Source: a virus
Reading direction: 5' to 3' (one strand)
Length of the DNA: 64,000 nucleotides
Virus record (IMG/VR): IMGVR_UViG_3300008266_000002
Part shown: one piece after another, positions 19,337-29,420 of the stretch
How positions within the stretch are numbered: position 1 is the stretch's first letter
How the letters are laid out: each line of letters begins with the position of its first letter
Notes under the pieces: model-generated
The model's input: only the letters and a program-made list of their open reading frames with translations
Database searches by the model: none
Told to the model about the DNA's origin: nothing
Translations under genes and position numbers: made by a program

Positions 19337-19768
19337 ATGAAAAGTAACGAATTAAGAAAATTAATCAGACAAGAAGTAAAATCCTTATTAAAGGAAGAGA
19401 TTACTCCACAGTCATCTCCACAAGAAATATTGGATTATGCTAACGATATGAAAGCAAAAATAGCAGCGAAGATTGATGCTGCTGTCAAGACACTCAAATT
19501 GCAAGTAAAGGCCAAAAAAGAGGATTGGTTTGCCGGAAGTCCTAAGACATTAACTATTAACGGACAAAAAGTGCAAACTATGCCAGGAGAGGAATTGCAA
19601 CTACATAGAGTAGGAGGGGTGGGTCAACTAAAACAGTTAATGAAGACATACAAAGTCTTTCCAGAGTATGTAAATCGAATACTCATAGCCATGTCAGAGG
19701 GTGATCAGGAAAACGTAGAATACTTCTACGACATGTTGATGAACGCAATGAAGCGAGTGGGACTCTAA
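19337..19768 (+). CDS. Leader-tagged cassette protein 1 (MKSNELRKLIRQEVKSLLKE)
   Basis: Own TATTTATA at 19308; flanked by hairpins. Confidence 0.7.
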   Translation: MKSNELRKLIRQEVKSLLKEEITPQSSPQEILDYANDMKAKIAAKIDAAVKTLKLQVKAKKEDWFAGSPKTLTINGQKVQTMPGEELQLHRVGGVGQLKQLMKTYKVFPEYVNRILIAMSEGDQENVEYFYDMLMNAMKRVGL

Positions 19769-19801
19769 CACAAAAACAAAAAAGCTGGCTTTTAAAATTT
19801 A

Positions 19802-19830
19802 AACCCTCCTTAGTGAGGGTTTTTCTTTTT
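19802..19830 (+). terminator. Terminator hairpin with CTTAGT loop
   Basis: AACCCTC-CTTAGT-GAGGGTT plus T tract. Confidence 0.8.
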
Positions 19831-19867
19831 AGACTCTATTTATAGGAAACAAACCAGTTATTAGTTT

Positions 19868-20551
19868 ATGGACCAACCTCAACGAGTAAGTAATCTCGAA
19901 AAAAGAAAACCCAAAGCTCCTATCAAGTATAAGATTGATCTTAATGAAGAGCAAAAAATTGCAAAAGCAACAATCTACAACAATCCGGTAGTATTATTGA
20001 AAGGAATGGCTGGGAGTGGTAAAACATTAGTAGCTTGTCAAACAGCTCTCGATATGTTTCATAAGAGGGAGATTGAAAAAATTATTATCACACGACCTAC
20101 AGTAGCAAAAGAGGATATTGGATTTTTACCAGGCGACTTAAAAGAAAAAATGGATCCATGGTTGGCACCAATTTATGCTAACCTATATATGCTCTATAAT
20201 AAACAATCCATAGATAAACTGGTTGAAGATGGATTGATAGAGATTGTTCCTTTTGCCTTTATGAGAGGTCGTACGTTTCCAAACATGTTTGTGTTAGTGG
20301 ATGAGTGTCAAAATATCACACATGGTCAAACAGAAATGATGATTGGTCGTTTAGGTAAGGGTGGCAAGATGGTATTCTGTGGAGATTTAGCCCAAATAGA
20401 TCTCAAGAATAAGAAAGACTCAGGTATTGGTTTTTTTGTGAGATTAGAGGAGCAGGTGAAGGGTGTGAAGATAGTATCACTAAAAACAAACCATAGACAT
20501 GAGATCGTCGAAGAGGTTCTAAAAGTATATTCGGACTACAGAGACCTCTAA
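19868..20551 (+). CDS. phoH: PhoH-family ATPase
   Basis: GMAGSGKT, IGFLPGDLKEK, FMRGRTF, DECQN and GDLAQID motifs. Confidence 0.93.
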   Translation: MDQPQRVSNLEKRKPKAPIKYKIDLNEEQKIAKATIYNNPVVLLKGMAGSGKTLVACQTALDMFHKREIEKIIITRPTVAKEDIGFLPGDLKEKMDPWLAPIYANLYMLYNKQSIDKLVEDGLIEIVPFAFMRGRTFPNMFVLVDECQNITHGQTEMMIGRLGKGGKMVFCGDLAQIDLKNKKDSGIGFFVRLEEQVKGVKIVSLKTNHRHEIVEEVLKVYSDYRDL

Positions 20552-20604
20552 TTGAATTTTAATTGGTAAAGCCTACTATTTATATGTAAACAACTACGTA
20601 GAAT

Positions 20605-21786
20605 ATGGCTAACATACCAATCTGGCCTGGATCCAGTTCATTTACTACATTATCAGCATCCTTCTACACAGGATCAACTACAACTAGACCAACTCCATTT
20701 GGATACTACGATGGTGATGCTACGTTTAAATTAGAAGCGGATAAGGTAGCTGATTGGTGTGCTAGAAGATTGGGTTACCCAATCATGGATGTAGAATTAC
20801 AAGACATTAACTTTTTTGCAGCATTTGAGGAAGCAGTAACAGAATTTAGTACTCAAGTTAACATGAACAATGCAAAGGACTACATGTTAACATTAATTGG
20901 TACTCCAGTCACAAATCAACTTAGTCAAAAACCCGTAACACCTAATCTTGGTCGTACAATTACTATGGCTAAAGGTTATGGTAGTGAAGCTGGTAGTGGT
21001 GGTACAGTAGACTGGAAAAAAGGATATGTGGATCTAGTGCCAGGATCACAAAGCTATGATTTGGATGCATTGTGGGCTAATGTTAGTGAGTCTGGAAAAG
21101 AGATAGAGATCAAGAGAGTTTATCACGACTTTACTCCAGCTATTGTAAGATACTTTGACCCTTATGTTGGAACTGGTGCTGGTACTCAGCAATTATTAGA
21201 TAGCTTTGGATGGGGATCTTATTCACCAGCTGTATCGTTCCTAGTAATGCCACTATATGCAGACTTATTAAGAATGCAGGCTATCGAATTAAATGATACT
21301 ATAAGAAAATCAAATTACTCATTTGAGCTTAGAAATAATAAACTTAATTTGTTTCCAATTCCAACTCTACCATACAAGATGTGGTTTGAGTATATTGTTG
21401 TGGATGATAGAAATGCACCAGTTTCAGGAAGCTCTACTGGATCAATCAGCGATTTAAGTAACGTACCTTATAGTAGAATTCAGTTTGGCAGCATAAAGGA
21501 TATAGGCATTCAGTGGATATATAAATACACACTAGCGCTTGTGAAAGAAATGCTGGGTTTAGTTCGTAGCAAGTATTCAGTTGTTCCTATTCCAGGTGCA
21601 GAAACAACATTAAATGGAACAGACCTAATGTCACAAGGGAGAGAAGATAAGACAGCATTAATAACAGAGTTGCAGACATTACTACAAGGTATGACACGTC
21701 AAGGTCAGATGGAGCAAGAGGTGGCAGTTGCAACAGCACTACAAACACAATTATCAAAAGTACCTCTTTACATATACGTTAAATAA
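20605..21786 (+). CDS. Neck/head-completion protein (T4 gp13-like)
   Basis: RRLGYPIMDVEL; YTLALVKEMLGLVRSKY...IPGAETTLNG. Confidence 0.8.
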   Translation: MANIPIWPGSSSFTTLSASFYTGSTTTRPTPFGYYDGDATFKLEADKVADWCARRLGYPIMDVELQDINFFAAFEEAVTEFSTQVNMNNAKDYMLTLIGTPVTNQLSQKPVTPNLGRTITMAKGYGSEAGSGGTVDWKKGYVDLVPGSQSYDLDALWANVSESGKEIEIKRVYHDFTPAIVRYFDPYVGTGAGTQQLLDSFGWGSYSPAVSFLVMPLYADLLRMQAIELNDTIRKSNYSFELRNNKLNLFPIPTLPYKMWFEYIVVDDRNAPVSGSSTGSISDLSNVPYSRIQFGSIKDIGIQWIYKYTLALVKEMLGLVRSKYSVVPIPGAETTLNGTDLMSQGREDKTALITELQTLLQGMTRQGQMEQEVAVATALQTQLSKVPLYIYVK

Positions 21787-22289
21787 TGGCACTATTTGGA
21801 TCATCGAGGGATATTAGCTTTATCAAAAAGATAAACAACGAGTTGTTGGATGATATTATTCAACAAGAGGTTGATTACTATGAATATGCACTGAAGCATA
21901 CTAAATCAAAAGATACGCCTAATCTATATGGAGAGGCATCTGCACAGAAAACATACTATGCTCCAGTTCGAGTAACTTGTTTATTGGAGAGAGGTGATCA
22001 AACATATATACAAGATGATCAGTTTGGTATTGATGTAACCCAAACATACACATTCAGATTTCTTAAACCAAAACTTAGAGAGGTGGGTTTAGTGCCACAG
22101 GGTGGTGATATTATTGAAGTTAGAGGGTCTTATTATGAAATTGATCAAGTAAACGAAAATCAATTTGTGTTAGGAAGAGATAATGATTATGGAAAAAATG
22201 TAGGTTCAGAGTTTGGAGAGAGTTTAAGTATTATTTGCATAGCACACTACACAAGAGTTTCAAGACTACAAATAGAAAGATCTAGATAA
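21786..22289 (+). CDS. Neck/head-closure protein (T4 gp14-like)
   Basis: Gene position; NLYGEA...FGID...PQGGDII...YEI pattern. Confidence 0.65.
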   Translation: MALFGSSRDISFIKKINNELLDDIIQQEVDYYEYALKHTKSKDTPNLYGEASAQKTYYAPVRVTCLLERGDQTYIQDDQFGIDVTQTYTFRFLKPKLREVGLVPQGGDIIEVRGSYYEIDQVNENQFVLGRDNDYGKNVGSEFGESLSIICIAHYTRVSRLQIERSR

Positions 22290-23479
22290 TGTACACAAGA
22301 AAACGACTACCAAAATCACAATACGAACTAAGTCAAGGTGATATTAACCGAGACTTTGAGCGTGATAATGATGTCCGCAGAGATGATGATACTCTGAAGG
22401 AATTGTCAGTGGGTTTGTACGATATTGATTATGCAATCAAATACTATTTTGAGGAAGTGATCAAACCAGAGGTAGAGGAGTTTGGCAATAAAATTAAAGT
22501 ACCGGTAATGTATGGGTCACCAGAAAAATGGAAAAACATACAAGGAGATGGGTACTTTAGAGATAAGAATGGAAAAATACTATCACCACTTATCTCTTAT
22601 AGAAGAACAAACATAACTAAAAATAGAAATCTATCAAGTAAGGTAGATGCAAACTTCCCACAAATATATTACAATCAGGAAGTTAAGTATACACAGATAA
22701 ACAAATACGATCAGTTTAGTAAATTAACAAATTCTAAACCGATCAAGACTTATATCAACACAGTTGTTCCAGATTATATTGATGTTTCCTATGAGGTAGT
22801 GATTTGGACTGATTACATAGAGCAAATGAACGGTCTTGTGGAATCGCTAATCTATACAGAAGGAGCTTATTGGGGAGATACGGAAAGTTTCAAATTCAGA
22901 ACAAAGATAGACAACTGGACAAATACAACTGACCTACTACAAGATGCAGATCGTATTGTAAGAACAAATTTTGAACTTACTATTTTTGGACATATTGTAC
23001 CAGATGTTTTAGTTAAACAACTTAGCAAAAAACAATCTAACAAAACATTCGATACACGTCAGGTTGTGTTTGAGATTACTCCAGATGCAGATCCATCCGT
23101 ATTTCAAGAAAAGGATCAAGCTGTGGTGGGAGGAGCGATATTTACAACTCCAACCGTTACAACATCAATTAATCCACTATCGCTTGTTAATGCATCAACT
23201 GTGGTATACCTAAACACAAACAAAGCAATACAAGCTACTACAGTGACGGTACCAAATACAGCATATTTTAATGGATCATTCTTAGCAGCTCCAAGCGGGT
23301 TACCAACTACTAGCATAAATAATTTCAGTTTCTTTGTTAATGGTCAATATATAGAACCTTCTGCATTAGTAAGTTTCACAGAGAGTGCTGGGGTATGTAC
23401 TTTAGTTATTGATCCAGCGCAATTAGGTTTCACACTAGCATTAACGGATGAAATTGTAGCAATAGGAAAATTCGCATAA
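22289..23479 (+). CDS. Tail terminator/sheath stabiliser (T4 gp15-like) with C-terminal extension
   Basis: KVPVMYGSPEKW and PDYIDVSYEVVIWT motifs; follows the neck genes. Confidence 0.65.
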   Translation: MYTRKRLPKSQYELSQGDINRDFERDNDVRRDDDTLKELSVGLYDIDYAIKYYFEEVIKPEVEEFGNKIKVPVMYGSPEKWKNIQGDGYFRDKNGKILSPLISYRRTNITKNRNLSSKVDANFPQIYYNQEVKYTQINKYDQFSKLTNSKPIKTYINTVVPDYIDVSYEVVIWTDYIEQMNGLVESLIYTEGAYWGDTESFKFRTKIDNWTNTTDLLQDADRIVRTNFELTIFGHIVPDVLVKQLSKKQSNKTFDTRQVVFEITPDADPSVFQEKDQAVVGGAIFTTPTVTTSINPLSLVNASTVVYLNTNKAIQATTVTVPNTAYFNGSFLAAPSGLPTTSINNFSFFVNGQYIEPSALVSFTESAGVCTLVIDPAQLGFTLALTDEIVAIGKFA

Positions 23480-23480
23480 A

Positions 23481-24119
23481 ATGGCTTTATTTAGAGGTGA
23501 TCAAATATCGGGTAGTGTTGCATCAGCGAGTTTGGCTAATACAGCATCGTATGTCCAAACAGCTCAAACTGCAAGTTATGCATTAAATGCAGTGAGTAGT
23601 AGTTTTTCTTCTACAGCATCGTTTGCTGTAACAGCTTCCTACTCACTAAATGCAGGAACTACTATAGATACGGGTTCCTTTGTGCTTACCTCTTCTTTTA
23701 CAAATTACACTGGCTCAACAACAAGTCAATTTGCAGGAACTGCATCATTTGCTAGTACTGCGTCTTTTGTAAGAGTAGCCCAAACAGCTTCGTATGTGTT
23801 AAATGCAGTGAGTGCTTCTTTTGCAACAACATCATCGTATGCATTTACGTCTGTGAGTAGTAGCTTTGCAACAACAGCCAGCTATGCTCCTCCAACATTT
23901 CCATTTACAGGAAGTGCTATAGTTTCTGGATCGTTAGTGGTAACTGGTTCAACAAACATAGCTGGAAATTCTGGTACGACTTTGTTTTCAAGTAATGCAG
24001 ATACGTTAATCATAACTGGATCGCTTTTATTGACGGGATCGATGAATGTAGTTGGTCTAATCACTGGAACAGCATCATTCGCAATAAGTGCGAGCTATAT
24101 AGATGGAGGTTTTTACTAA
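23481..24119 (+). CDS. TASY/SASF-repeat fibre-like virion protein
   Basis: Tandem TASYA/TASFA/SSSF repeats; ends IDGGFY. Confidence 0.6.
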   Translation: MALFRGDQISGSVASASLANTASYVQTAQTASYALNAVSSSFSSTASFAVTASYSLNAGTTIDTGSFVLTSSFTNYTGSTTSQFAGTASFASTASFVRVAQTASYVLNAVSASFATTSSYAFTSVSSSFATTASYAPPTFPFTGSAIVSGSLVVTGSTNIAGNSGTTLFSSNADTLIITGSLLLTGSMNVVGLITGTASFAISASYIDGGFY

Positions 24120-25012
24120 TGCCTATATCATTAATCAATATAAACAATCAAGGAAGAATAAATCTTCAGAATAATGGAACTGGTCAAATCTACGCATTAG
24201 TTTCATCAACACCATCTGTAGCGGTAACGGGATCTCCATGGCAGCAAATAGATACTATCACATCATACTTACGTAACTACGTTTCTGATTTTAGAAATCC
24301 GCAATTTTACATATATCGATTGGATGGTAATCAATATCAAATTAATGATGCCGGAAATGATATGTTTGATGGTGGAAACTACACAATTCCTGCATTACGA
24401 AACGGAACACAATACACAGCGTCATCAACGGTAGCAATACCCCCAGCACTTTCATATCTATCTCAGTCCGCTACACTGACTGATACAAATTATTATTTTG
24501 CGTCTTTTGGTTATTCACAATCGGCTGGGCCACTGACAACAAGTCCGCAAAGCCCTATTTATCATCCACTAACAATGATTGGAGCACGTAGTGGATCAGG
24601 ACCAATAGGATGGCAGAAAGCTGGTAATATTGGAGCAGATGGAGCAGGTAGTATAGCAACAGGCAGTGTGTATACTGGTTCTACTGTTAATGGATTTACC
24701 ACATACGCGTATTATAGACAAACGTATGGAGAAGGCTCAGATCCAAATATTTGTGATGTATATATGTTATTTGGACATCCAAATTGGAACTCTGATTTTG
24801 GAAATGTTGTATGGTCAGTAAACCTAAATAGAGGACTTCAAGGCGCAGCTTTGTACTCAACTGGATCAGCATCAAATCTATTAGCAGTAACAACCTTATT
24901 AAGTAGAACGGGAAGTACAGCTAATTCACCAAGTTTACCAATAAGCGCAAGTGATATTACAAACGTTGTTAACAATTTCACACTTCGTATTAAGGAAGCG
25001 TTATCCTTTTAA
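24119..25012 (+). CDS. Putative virion/fibre-associated protein
   Basis: 297 aa, G/S/T/Y-rich, between fibre genes. Confidence 0.5.
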   Translation: MPISLININNQGRINLQNNGTGQIYALVSSTPSVAVTGSPWQQIDTITSYLRNYVSDFRNPQFYIYRLDGNQYQINDAGNDMFDGGNYTIPALRNGTQYTASSTVAIPPALSYLSQSATLTDTNYYFASFGYSQSAGPLTTSPQSPIYHPLTMIGARSGSGPIGWQKAGNIGADGAGSIATGSVYTGSTVNGFTTYAYYRQTYGEGSDPNICDVYMLFGHPNWNSDFGNVVWSVNLNRGLQGAALYSTGSASNLLAVTTLLSRTGSTANSPSLPISASDITNVVNNFTLRIKEALSF

Positions 25013-25032
25013 CTTGAAGATATTTATAGTAA

Positions 25033-26970
25033 ATGCCAGATAGAATATTACATAAGAGAAACCTAACATCGGGAAATATTCCTACCACAGCATCGCTGGA
25101 GGTGGGGGAGTTAGCTATAAATGTGGCTGATGGAAAGGTTCATCTACGAAGATCGGGTAGTGGAAATAATGACATAGTGTCGCTAGTCACTGCCAATACA
25201 GTAACTACTGGATCAATAACAGCCACATCATTTACTGGAAGCTTATTTGGAACAAGTAGTTGGGCCAGCAGCGCAACGACTTCATCTTACGCTATACAAG
25301 CTCTCAGTAGTTCATATGCAATAGTAGCTTTGAGTAGTAGTATAGCTAATACAGCATCTTACGCAGTATTAGCTCAGAGTGCGACATCAAGTTCCTATGC
25401 AGCAACCTCATCTTATGTTAATACACTAAATCAGGATGTTACTATTTCGGGATCTTTGGCGGTTATTGGCAACTCCGTATTTTATGGATCCTCATCGTTT
25501 TTATACATAACTGCATCGCAATTAGCAATAAGCTCATCATTTATATCAGTAAACATATTTGAACCGCTTGAAAGATTTGGTGGTTTGAAGGTATACGATT
25601 CTGGATCATCTAATGCGACTGCATCGTTAGCTTGGGATTCGCAGCATAATCACTGGGTATACCAAAATGTGAGTGGATCTACTTACACTGGTGGCATGTT
25701 ACTTTCAGGTCCAAGAAACACTGGATCTTTGGGAGATGAGCCAAATTTAACAAAATGGTTTATACCAAGAAGCGATGGAGGAGATCACTTAGACGATTCT
25801 CAAATTTTTACTAGTGGATCCACAACAATCGTAACTGGATCATTAACAGTCACTCAGGGGATAACTGGAAGCTTATATGGAACAAGTAGTTGGGCTCTCA
25901 ATGCACAAACAGCTTCCTATGTAGAGTCAGCTCAAACAGCATCATACATACTTAATGCGGTCTCAGCATCTTTTGCACAAACAGCTTCGTATCTTTTAGG
26001 GTATATTTCACCATTCCCATTTAGTGGTAGTGCGCAAATAACTGGAAGTTTAGGAGTAACTGGATCATTTATTATTGCAGACGGATCAAACATAGTAATT
26101 GATTCGGTAAATAGAGTACTAAAAGATTCTAGTGGCATTAATTCAATAAGCTGGAATAGTAGAAGACTAGCAGACACAAATGCCACCACTTCAATTGACT
26201 GGGATCAGAAAAAACTTAATGATGGTAGTGATGTAACATCCATCAACTGGGAATCTAGAAGACAAAACGATAATACGGGAGTATCAGCAGTCGATTGGGG
26301 TCAGCGACAATTAACAGATGCAGTTGGATCAATATCAACCGACTGGTCATCAAGGATTCACTACGATAGTACCACAATAGGTAGTATTAATTGGGAAGCA
26401 AGACAGTTACTAGACTCTACTGAAACATTGGTGCTGGATTGGAATAACAAAACATTGACTGCTAGTTTACATGGAACTGCAAGCTGGGCAGAAAGTGTTA
26501 CTACATCATCATACGCTCTAACAGCGTCCTTTGTGAATTTACTCAACCAGAGTGTAATAATCACAGGCAGTCTTACCGTTGGATCAGGATCAATTGGTGT
26601 AGGTGAAAATACACTGGTAATAGGACCAGCACCCAATGGAGGTATAGGAGAAGGAGGTCAGATATTATTGTCTGCAGTAGGTGGTACCTACACATCTGCT
26701 TCAATGATAGACAACTATCAAAACAGATTTAGAATACTAAGAGGTACGAACGCAGGTAGCGATGCTGAGATAGCTAGTTTGAATATGAGTACAGGTCAGT
26801 TAATATTAAATAAATACACAGGGTCTGGCGCATTTCCAGGCACGGCAGCTGCCAATTTAGCAGTAGATACTAGCGGTAATGTTATTACAGTAACACCTGG
26901 AGCGTCAAGCACCGCTACTTTCAATTACGGATTATCATATGCAATAGCAAATTCACAACAATTATTTTAA
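25033..26970 (+). CDS. Tail fibre protein
   Basis: N-terminal KR..SG.IP....LEVGELAINVADGK attachment-type motif, TAS/TGS repeats, 16-aa Trp repeat block. Confidence 0.7.
   Translation: MPDRILHKRNLTSGNIPTTASLEVGELAINVADGKVHLRRSGSGNNDIVSLVTANTVTTGSITATSFTGSLFGTSSWASSATTSSYAIQALSSSYAIVALSSSIANTASYAVLAQSATSSSYAATSSYVNTLNQDVTISGSLAVIGNSVFYGSSSFLYITASQLAISSSFISVNIFEPLERFGGLKVYDSGSSNATASLAWDSQHNHWVYQNVSGSTYTGGMLLSGPRNTGSLGDEPNLTKWFIPRSDGGDHLDDSQIFTSGSTTIVTGSLTVTQGITGSLYGTSSWALNAQTASYVESAQTASYILNAVSASFAQTASYLLGYISPFPFSGSAQITGSLGVTGSFIIADGSNIVIDSVNRVLKDSSGINSISWNSRRLADTNATTSIDWDQKKLNDGSDVTSINWESRRQNDNTGVSAVDWGQRQLTDAVGSISTDWSSRIHYDSTTIGSINWEARQLLDSTETLVLDWNNKTLTASLHGTASWAESVTTSSYALTASFVNLLNQSVIITGSLTVGSGSIGVGENTLVIGPAPNGGIGEGGQILLSAVGGTYTSASMIDNYQNRFRILRGTNAGSDAEIASLNMSTGQLILNKYTGSGAFPGTAAANLAVDTSGNVITVTPGASSTATFNYGLSYAIANSQQLF
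26143..26457 (+). repeat. 7 x 16-aa repeat (SIxWxxRxLxD) in the fibre
   Basis: SISWNSRRLAD, SIDWDQKKLND, SINWESRRQND, AVDWGQRQLTD, STDWSSRIHYD, SINWEARQLLD, VLDWNNKTL. Confidence 0.85.
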
Positions 26971-26981
26971 AAATATAAATT

Positions 26982-27395
26982 ATGGCAGCGAATACAGCAC
27001 CAATTTTTACAGCAACACCAAGTATTCAATGGACAGACTCCATGTCAATTGCAAATACAACAAAGGACATGACAACTGGCTCAGCATATCTTACCTTTAC
27101 AGCTGGTGTAAGTGGCAGCTTTGTTCAAAGACTAAGATTTCGTACATTAGGAACAAATGTAGCGTCAGTTGCAAGAGTATGGATCAATAATGGACAAAGT
27201 ACTGCATCCTTTACTAATAATACATTATGGGACGAATTATCACTTCCAGCTACAACGGTAACAGAAACAGCAGCACAATCAAATTATGAATTACCATTGA
27301 ATTTTGCATTACCAAGCAACTACAGACTATACATCACTTTAGGTACTGGAGTAGCAGCTGGTTGGGATGCAATTGCGGTTGGTGGAGATTACTAA
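26982..27395 (+). CDS. Fibre-associated small beta protein
   Basis: MAANTAPIF...GGDY; lies between the fibre and the glycine-rich genes. Confidence 0.55.
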   Translation: MAANTAPIFTATPSIQWTDSMSIANTTKDMTTGSAYLTFTAGVSGSFVQRLRFRTLGTNVASVARVWINNGQSTASFTNNTLWDELSLPATTVTETAAQSNYELPLNFALPSNYRLYITLGTGVAAGWDAIAVGGDY

Positions 27396-27407
27396 AACAA
27401 TAATAAA

Positions 27408-27581
27408 ATGTATACATACAACTTGTGTGAATTTGAATATGGGTATACGGGTCAATTCTATCAACGAAGTGATTTGTATGGAAATCCAAGCTATGTTGAT
27501 TTAGACGGTAACGAAATACAATTAACGGGTATTTATGGATATCGTATTATTGGATCAAATGTAACACCATCTTGGGCTTAA
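27408..27581 (+). CDS. Small protein of 57 aa, not in the ORF track
   Basis: MYTYNLCEFEYGYTGQFYQRSDLYGNPSYVDLDGNEIQLTGIYGYRIIGSNVTPSWA; A-rich upstream region; fills the gap. Confidence 0.6.
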   Translation: MYTYNLCEFEYGYTGQFYQRSDLYGNPSYVDLDGNEIQLTGIYGYRIIGSNVTPSWA

Positions 27582-27594
27582 ACATTCACTAGTT

Positions 27595-28497
27595 ATGATC
27601 GATCATAATCACTTAGCAAACTTAGATAATAATGTAGCAATCTTCTATGCCAATGGAAGTAATGGCTGGCAGACATGGCAAAAGCCAAGAGGCTGTAAGT
27701 TTGTATGGACGATGGTTATAGGAGGAGGAGGTGGTGGTGGTGGTGGCCAATCAGGTACTGGAGTTGGTAGAACTGGAGGAGGAGGTGGTGCATCATCAGG
27801 AATTGCAAAAGGAATGTTTTTAGCAAATAGCTTACCGGATACATTATATGTCTTAGTGGGTATAGGAGGTAGTGGTGGAATACCAAATGGTAACGGTACG
27901 GGAGGTAGTTTATCATACATATCAATAGAACCAAACACAACAGCAGCAAACGTCTTATTAATACATAACTCAACCAACTCAGGACCAGGACAAAGCAATG
28001 GTACTGTAGGAGGAATTGGTGGTGGTGCAAACTTAACTCAACAACTTCTTAATTATCTGGGTGTAAATCAATTCACTCCAAATGGTGTAAATGGTGCGAC
28101 TGGTGGTACTAATGTTGGAGGGGCTGGTTCCAATGTAAATTCGGCAAATTTAACAACCGGAGGAGCAGGTGGTGGTGGTTCAAGTGCTGCAAACGTAAAC
28201 GGTGCTGGTGGAAACGTAACAATGGCAGGTAGTTTTCCTACACTAACGGGAGGAGCAGCTGGAGGAACAAATCACGGACAAAATGGGTTTAGTTCACTAC
28301 TACCAGGTAAAATATTAACAAATAAAACTGGCTTTATATTAACTGGTGGATCAGGAGGAGGGGCTAATGGAGCTGGAGTTGGAGGCAATGGAGGAGATGG
28401 AGCGTTTGGATGTGGGGGTGGTGGCGGTGGTGCTGGTACTACTGGAGGCTCAGGCGGAAGAGGAGGAGATGGATTAGTAATTATAATTTCATACTGA
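27595..28497 (+). CDS. Glycine-rich adhesin-like protein, paralog 1
   Basis: WQTWQKPRGCKF..GGGGGGG...GCGGGGGGAG...GGDGLVIIISY. Confidence 0.65.
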   Translation: MIDHNHLANLDNNVAIFYANGSNGWQTWQKPRGCKFVWTMVIGGGGGGGGGQSGTGVGRTGGGGGASSGIAKGMFLANSLPDTLYVLVGIGGSGGIPNGNGTGGSLSYISIEPNTTAANVLLIHNSTNSGPGQSNGTVGGIGGGANLTQQLLNYLGVNQFTPNGVNGATGGTNVGGAGSNVNSANLTTGGAGGGGSSAANVNGAGGNVTMAGSFPTLTGGAAGGTNHGQNGFSSLLPGKILTNKTGFILTGGSGGGANGAGVGGNGGDGAFGCGGGGGGAGTTGGSGGRGGDGLVIIISY

Positions 28498-28498
28498 T

Positions 28499-29416
28499 AT
28501 GAACGATTATTATAATTTAACAAACGATTATTATAATACCCAAGTGTTTTTTGCACAAGGAACAAATATATGGCAAACTTGGGAAAAGCCAAGAGGCTGT
28601 AAGTTTGTGAGTATTTTTATGCTAGGTGGTGGTGGAGGTGGGTCGGGAGGCAGATTGGCTCTTGGATTAGGATCACAGAAAGGTGGCGGTGGTGGTGGCG
28701 CTAGTAGTGCTGTTACAAGATTACTTGTACCAGCGTTTCTAGTACCAGATAGATTATCTGTATTTGTAGGGATTGGAGGTACCGGTACCGGTAGTGGAGG
28801 TGGATTAGCGTCTGGTGGTACAAACTCATACATTGGTTTGGATAGTAGTTTAGTGATAACACGTACCAATTTACTAGCTAGTAGTACGTCAAATAATGGT
28901 GGAGGAAATTTTAGTGTTGCAGGTAGTGGTAATGCAGTTAGTGCATTCTCTGAAGCTGTTTTAAGTGGTGGTGGAATATTAAGCTCCGTAGCAGGATTAG
29001 GTGGAGGAGCTGGTGGTGCTAGTGGTTTTCCAGGTACAAGTATATCAATGTCAGCGGCCACAGTAACAAGTGGAGGAGCTGGAGGAGGATCAACATCAGG
29101 ATCAATTAACGATACATTTTTTGTAGGGGGAGATATAATTGGTAATGGTTTTATTCCAACTTTGAGTGGGGGTGCCGTTGGAGGAGGAGATGGTCTTAAC
29201 GGTTTTACAAATTTTGTACCATCCTCTTTGTTAACGGCTAATGCTCCTTTATTCTTTACTGGAGGCTCAGGTGGGGGTGCTCATGGATCAGGGGTTGGAG
29301 GAAGAGGGGGAAATGGATCTTACGGTTGTGGGGGAGGAGGGGGAGGTACCGGAACTACTGCGGGAGGAGCTGGTGGTAGAGGTGGTGATGGTTTAGTAAT
29401 AATAACATGCTGGTAA
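28499..29416 (+). CDS. Glycine-rich adhesin-like protein, paralog 2
   Basis: WQTWEKPRGCKF...GGDGLVIITCW. Confidence 0.65.
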   Translation: MNDYYNLTNDYYNTQVFFAQGTNIWQTWEKPRGCKFVSIFMLGGGGGGSGGRLALGLGSQKGGGGGGASSAVTRLLVPAFLVPDRLSVFVGIGGTGTGSGGGLASGGTNSYIGLDSSLVITRTNLLASSTSNNGGGNFSVAGSGNAVSAFSEAVLSGGGILSSVAGLGGGAGGASGFPGTSISMSAATVTSGGAGGGSTSGSINDTFFVGGDIIGNGFIPTLSGGAVGGGDGLNGFTNFVPSSLLTANAPLFFTGGSGGGAHGSGVGGRGGNGSYGCGGGGGGTGTTAGGAGGRGGDGLVIITCW

Positions 29417-29420
29417 CACA

